Shown here: positions 61,406-64,000 of the stretch, piece after piece
Position numbering within the stretch: the first letter of the stretch is position 1
Layout of the letters: each line of letters starts with the position of its first letter
Virus record (IMG/VR): IMGVR_UViG_3300036944_001324
Span: 1 to 64,000 of that record
DNA: 64,000 nucleotides
Strand: one strand, 5' to 3'
The notes under the pieces: generated by a model
Databases searched by the model: none
What the model was told of the DNA's origin: nothing
What the model saw: the letters and a program-made list of their open reading frames with translations, nothing else
Translations under genes and position numbers: made by a program

Positions 61406-62941
61406 TTAGATTCCGAAGTCAGCGAAGCTGGTATCGTTGACCACACTGATCATCTCGCCACCGACCTTCAGTCGCGTGGTATCGGGTTTATCAATATCGT
61501 CAGGGATGATACCACCAGCTACGAACTTCAAAACGAAGTAAAGATGCTCAAGTGGTGTTTGTTGGATCTTGCGGTGTTTACCACGCTGGATAGCGAGGTA
61601 AGCATTACCCTTGCTGTCCTTCTCGATGTTGATGAAAAGCTCCCCATCGATAACCTGACCCAGTTGTTTCGTACCGGAGTAGTAACCACCACCCACCAAG
61701 TCTTTAACGAGGTTGGCAGAACCTTCACGTACCTTGGATTTGATGTCAGGAGACAGCTGGTGCGGTGTGATCATAGTGATGCCGCGTGACGCCATGAACG
61801 CCTTGATGCGTTCGTACATGTTGCGAATATCAACACCGGCCGGACCCTGATCGCAACCAGTGGTAGGAATCTTGAGCAAGTAATCCAAAGCACAAAGACG
61901 AACTTCGTAACCTTGGGCTTCGAGCTTGATGATCTCGTTGCAGATGTCCTTGTAAGTCCACATCGATGGATTGACTTCGTACAAGAAGATGTTCCAGCCT
62001 CGAGCTGTAAGCTTCTCGTAAACGTACTTGGCCACTTCATCGGCCGTAGCTTCGATGTTGGTGAGCAATTCACCAGTTTCGTTCTCATACAAAGACTTGT
62101 ACAGGAACTGCATGTTGGAAGTTAGTGCGTCTTCAAACGAGAACCGAACCAACGCCGGCTTCTTGTCCTTGTTACGCAGGCAGACAGCATCGTTCCAGAT
62201 GGCAACCTGCTTGAAGATGCTCAAAGAGAACCCAGTTTTCCAATTGTGTTCCTGCGCACCAATCACCCATTGTTCACCAGGGCGAAACCCCATGTCCAGT
62301 GCACGGTTCAAACCCTGCCAACCAGTCATCAGGATGGCCGTACCGTTTTCTTGTTCTTGGATCTGGCGGATGATCTCAGCTGAAGCATGCAAGTCAGCCA
62401 GATTGAGCATAGCGTTAATGGCCGGGTCCTTAGACTCAACGTTAACTTGGTAAGGCTCGAGTTTACTCACCAACTCACTGATCCATTGGCGAGTGTTAGT
62501 AATGCTGTCGCGTTCTTGACGGAACGAGAAAGCAGCCTTGTTCAGCAGAGCATCAACTTCCTGATTGCGAAAGTGAGCACTGATGTTCTTTTGCAGATTG
62601 ATTACAGCCAGTTCGATGGCCGGTTGATCAAGGTCTTTATTCAGTACCTGCTCTGCACCAGAGTACAAACCATCGTCACCATGGCAAGCGTGACGCATAG
62701 ACAGCAACAAACTGTCCTTGTCGTATTGGTGAGTAACTGGGTTCTCAGCCATCTCCATGGCGATCTTCTTGAGAGCCGAGAGAACTTCACGTTCTTGACT
62801 CACCCCGATGATAATCTCGGGAACCACTACCGCCTTGATCAACTTGCGGACCAGCTCCGCAGAGTTCTCTGATTTTTCTTTCAGTTGGCTTTCACGAAAA
62901 AGCAAGGCGATAGCCTTGATGAGAAGCAGCTTATAGTCCAT
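61406..62941 (-). CDS. dnaB: DnaB-like replicative helicase (phiKZ gp118-like; start revised to MDYKLLL)
   Basis: TGWQGLNRAL..GFRPGE, variant Walker A GAQEHNWKT, FSFED, Walker B LDYL, ITPHQLS, QRGKHR. Confidence 0.85.
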   Translation of the reverse strand: MDYKLLLIKAIALLFRESQLKEKSENSAELVRKLIKAVVVPEIIIGVSQEREVLSALKKIAMEMAENPVTHQYDKDSLLLSMRHACHGDDGLYSGAEQVLNKDLDQPAIELAVINLQKNISAHFRNQEVDALLNKAAFSFRQERDSITNTRQWISELVSKLEPYQVNVESKDPAINAMLNLADLHASAEIIRQIQEQENGTAILMTGWQGLNRALDMGFRPGEQWVIGAQEHNWKTGFSLSIFKQVAIWNDAVCLRNKDKKPALVRFSFEDALTSNMQFLYKSLYENETGELLTNIEATADEVAKYVYEKLTARGWNIFLYEVNPSMWTYKDICNEIIKLEAQGYEVRLCALDYLLKIPTTGCDQGPAGVDIRNMYERIKAFMASRGITMITPHQLSPDIKSKVREGSANLVKDLVGGGYYSGTKQLGQVIDGELFINIEKDSKGNAYLAIQRGKHRKIQQTPLEHLYFVLKFVAGGIIPDDIDKPDTTRLKVGGEMISVVNDTSFADFGI

Positions 62942-63183
62942 GGGTATTGTTAAAGTCGTTTCGTCAGAGGGAAATGAAGCAAGAACTTTTCGATTGTAAC
63001 CACAACCCAAGTCCTGCTCTACACAGAGATAAACGACGCTGTGCAAAAGACTACCGGACCAATTAATATGTACTGAGATTGCTGCTTTTTGGCTAACCTC
63101 TTTTTGATGTGACGGTGGATTCCGGGCACAAAAGGACGTAACTATGCGCTTAATCTCTATGACTGCACAAGCAGACCACTATT

Positions 63184-63792
63184 TTGTATTCAAGACGTTT
63201 TGAAAAGGACGCATCTGTGATTCCTCAACACGCCATTATCCTGACCCAGTCAGTGGTACGCGTACTCAAAAACAAACGACTCTCCTTGGAGGTCGTTACT
63301 GACTACAGTCAGATGCGAGCCTTGTTCTCGCAGAACGATTTGGCTGCGATCCTTGCGCTGCAGACCAGCGCGCTCACGCAGTCGATTCACGACAGCTTTT
63401 ATTATGCGTTGGTAGATAAGTGGAGAAGCTCTGCTAAAGAGCACGTACAGGAGCTGGACTCCGTATTGCTTCCCTTGTCCCAAAGCGAACTTGTGGCCAA
63501 CTACCTTCGGGAACAGTTGTCTTTGCCAGAAGGCAAGGATCTGGACCCAGCTGCTTCGCCAGTTCAAGTGGTTGACCTCAACGGCAGTGGCATCGCTGTG
63601 GTGCTTGACGTAGGCGCGATTCAATATCTCGCCGACGGAGCAAACAAATACACAGTCGTGCGCGCTGTCATGCAAGTGTTCCTCAAGTACATGCCTTTGG
63701 ATAAGCTGGCGAGCCAGGAATGGTTCCGTCGCTTGGTTCATCTGTCGGCCGTGTACTCGACTTTGCGTCCTCCGCAGCCAGTGATTAGCTGA
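63184..63792 (+). CDS. Conserved jumbo-phage protein divergent from the helicase (start possibly GTG 63217)
   Basis: ORF position opposite dnaB resembles phiKZ-like synteny. Confidence 0.5.
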   Translation: MYSRRFEKDASVIPQHAIILTQSVVRVLKNKRLSLEVVTDYSQMRALFSQNDLAAILALQTSALTQSIHDSFYYALVDKWRSSAKEHVQELDSVLLPLSQSELVANYLREQLSLPEGKDLDPAASPVQVVDLNGSGIAVVLDVGAIQYLADGANKYTVVRAVMQVFLKYMPLDKLASQEWFRRLVHLSAVYSTLRPPQPVIS

Positions 63793-63994
63793 GGACAACC
63801 TTTGTTTTTGACTTGAAAAAGACTGACAACGCTTTTACAACCGTATTTGTATTGTTGGTTATATCAGTCAAATACTCCACAATTGTCTGAGGAGTGCGTG
63901 ATTCTGGAAGTTTCATGCCCCTGGACGGTTCTTTTTCTTTTCTCTCATCTTTTTTCCTTGCAAGGATTTTCCCGATGACCAAACTCTCCGCCAT
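63785..63994 (-). CDS. Small basic ORF, possibly the C-terminus of a gene extending beyond the window
   Basis: Frame open to the window end; converges on the 63184 ORF. Confidence 0.35.
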   Translation of the reverse strand: MAESLVIGKILARKKDERKEKEPSRGMKLPESRTPQTIVEYLTDITNNTNTVVKALSVFFKSKTKVVLS

Positions 63995-64000
63995 CGCGTC

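Overview
This window is a 64 kb segment of a phiKZ-like (Chimalliviridae-type) jumbo phage genome, coding mostly on the + strand. It contains: (i) a dNTP-supply set (nrdA C-terminal part, nrdB, DHFR, dCTP deaminase, dTMP kinase, thymidylate synthase); (ii) a bacterial-type prolyl-4-hydroxylase-like 2OG-Fe(II) oxygenase; (iii) one half of a split family-B DNA polymerase, a RuvC-like resolvase and a DnaB-like helicase; (iv) a large virion block with a probable portal, baseplate/tail proteins, inner-body-like proteins and five paralogous internal head proteins carrying S/A/G-x-E prohead-protease sites, one of which has an RyR-domain insertion; (v) a probable i-spanin/o-spanin/holin-like cassette, a CYTH enzyme and an SGNH esterase; and (vi) an early accessory region (about 48.7-61.3 kb) of small ORFs with repeated promoter and leader motifs. 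The most striking non-coding pattern is a family of about 20 intergenic palindromes. Their central stems differ completely, but their flanks are conserved (GACGGCATAAA ... TTTATGCCGT), and two copies lie between divergent genes. I found no CRISPR array, canonical tRNA, rRNA, integrase or transposase. All assignments come from motif recognition by eye. phiKZ gene-number equivalences are from recalled synteny and were not verified by database searches.
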